From the NCBI RefSeq assembly GCF_006345805.1, contig NC_042998.1, forward strand, positions 88,784,001 through 88,848,000: 64,000 bases of DNA, given 5' to 3'. This DNA is from Octopus sinensis. Its lineage: Eukaryota. The notes beneath the pieces are model-generated. The model saw only the letters and a program-made list of their open reading frames with translations. It searched no databases and was not told the DNA's origin. Below are positions 63,772 through 64,000 of the stretch, piece after piece (the stretch's first letter is position 1; every line of letters starts with the position of its first letter). Made by a program: the position numbers and the translations under genes.

Positions 63772-64000
63772 ATTATTTTGTATGTGTGTGTTTCTGCGTC
63801 TCCACCCTGCCACTGCTTCATTACATGTAATATAGTGGTTTAGTAAAAGACACCCTTTGGAATAAGTATTGGTGGCGATTTGTTTGACTAAATGTCTAAT
63901 TCTCTCACAATTCTATCATTTCACCACCCTGGTCTGGTATCCTTCTCTTTATTGACCCTGTGTGAAGGCTGAAGATAGCCCCAGTGGAATTTGGACTTGA

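Overview
AT-rich, microsatellite-dense eukaryotic DNA, mostly intronic or intergenic. The SINE and RTE-tail repeat families and very long (TA)n/(CA)n tracts point to an octopus or other coleoid cephalopod genome (inference; no search was run). No host protein could be named. Left half (1-29.9 kb): CpG-poor, packed with TE relics. These are a 5'-truncated L1/Tx1 LINE, RTE and CR1-like RT remnants, a TTAA-flanked non-autonomous piggyBac inserted inside an RTE RT, a Helitron PIF1-helicase pseudogene, and three adjacent Tc1/mariner elements of different families (DD41D-like relic, DD36E Tc1 with TIRs, DD34D mariner with TIRs). Middle (about 30-33 kb and 38-40 kb): a CpG-rich, TE-poor domain that looks like a bidirectional promoter, with a minus-strand GTAAGT donor at 30392 and a plus-strand AG|GTGAGT donor at 32289. 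A 3.4-kb degenerate AT satellite splits this domain. Right half: apparently one long plus-strand intron with two microsatellite-bounded tandem duplications, a pre-miRNA-like hairpin, inverted RTE-tail pairs, a hAT MITE and one well-signalled 80-nt exon (56494-56573). The most intriguing hypotheses, all unproven, are: a chain of overlapping uORFs formed if 32288 splices to 56494 (MAVKGDCIS*, reminiscent of AMD1 MAGDIS); a duplicated 30-nt exon-like unit; candidate recursive splice sites; and a DD36E transposon in a mollusc. Most ORFs in the supplied track are microsatellite artefacts. There is a 100-N gap at 62821-62920.
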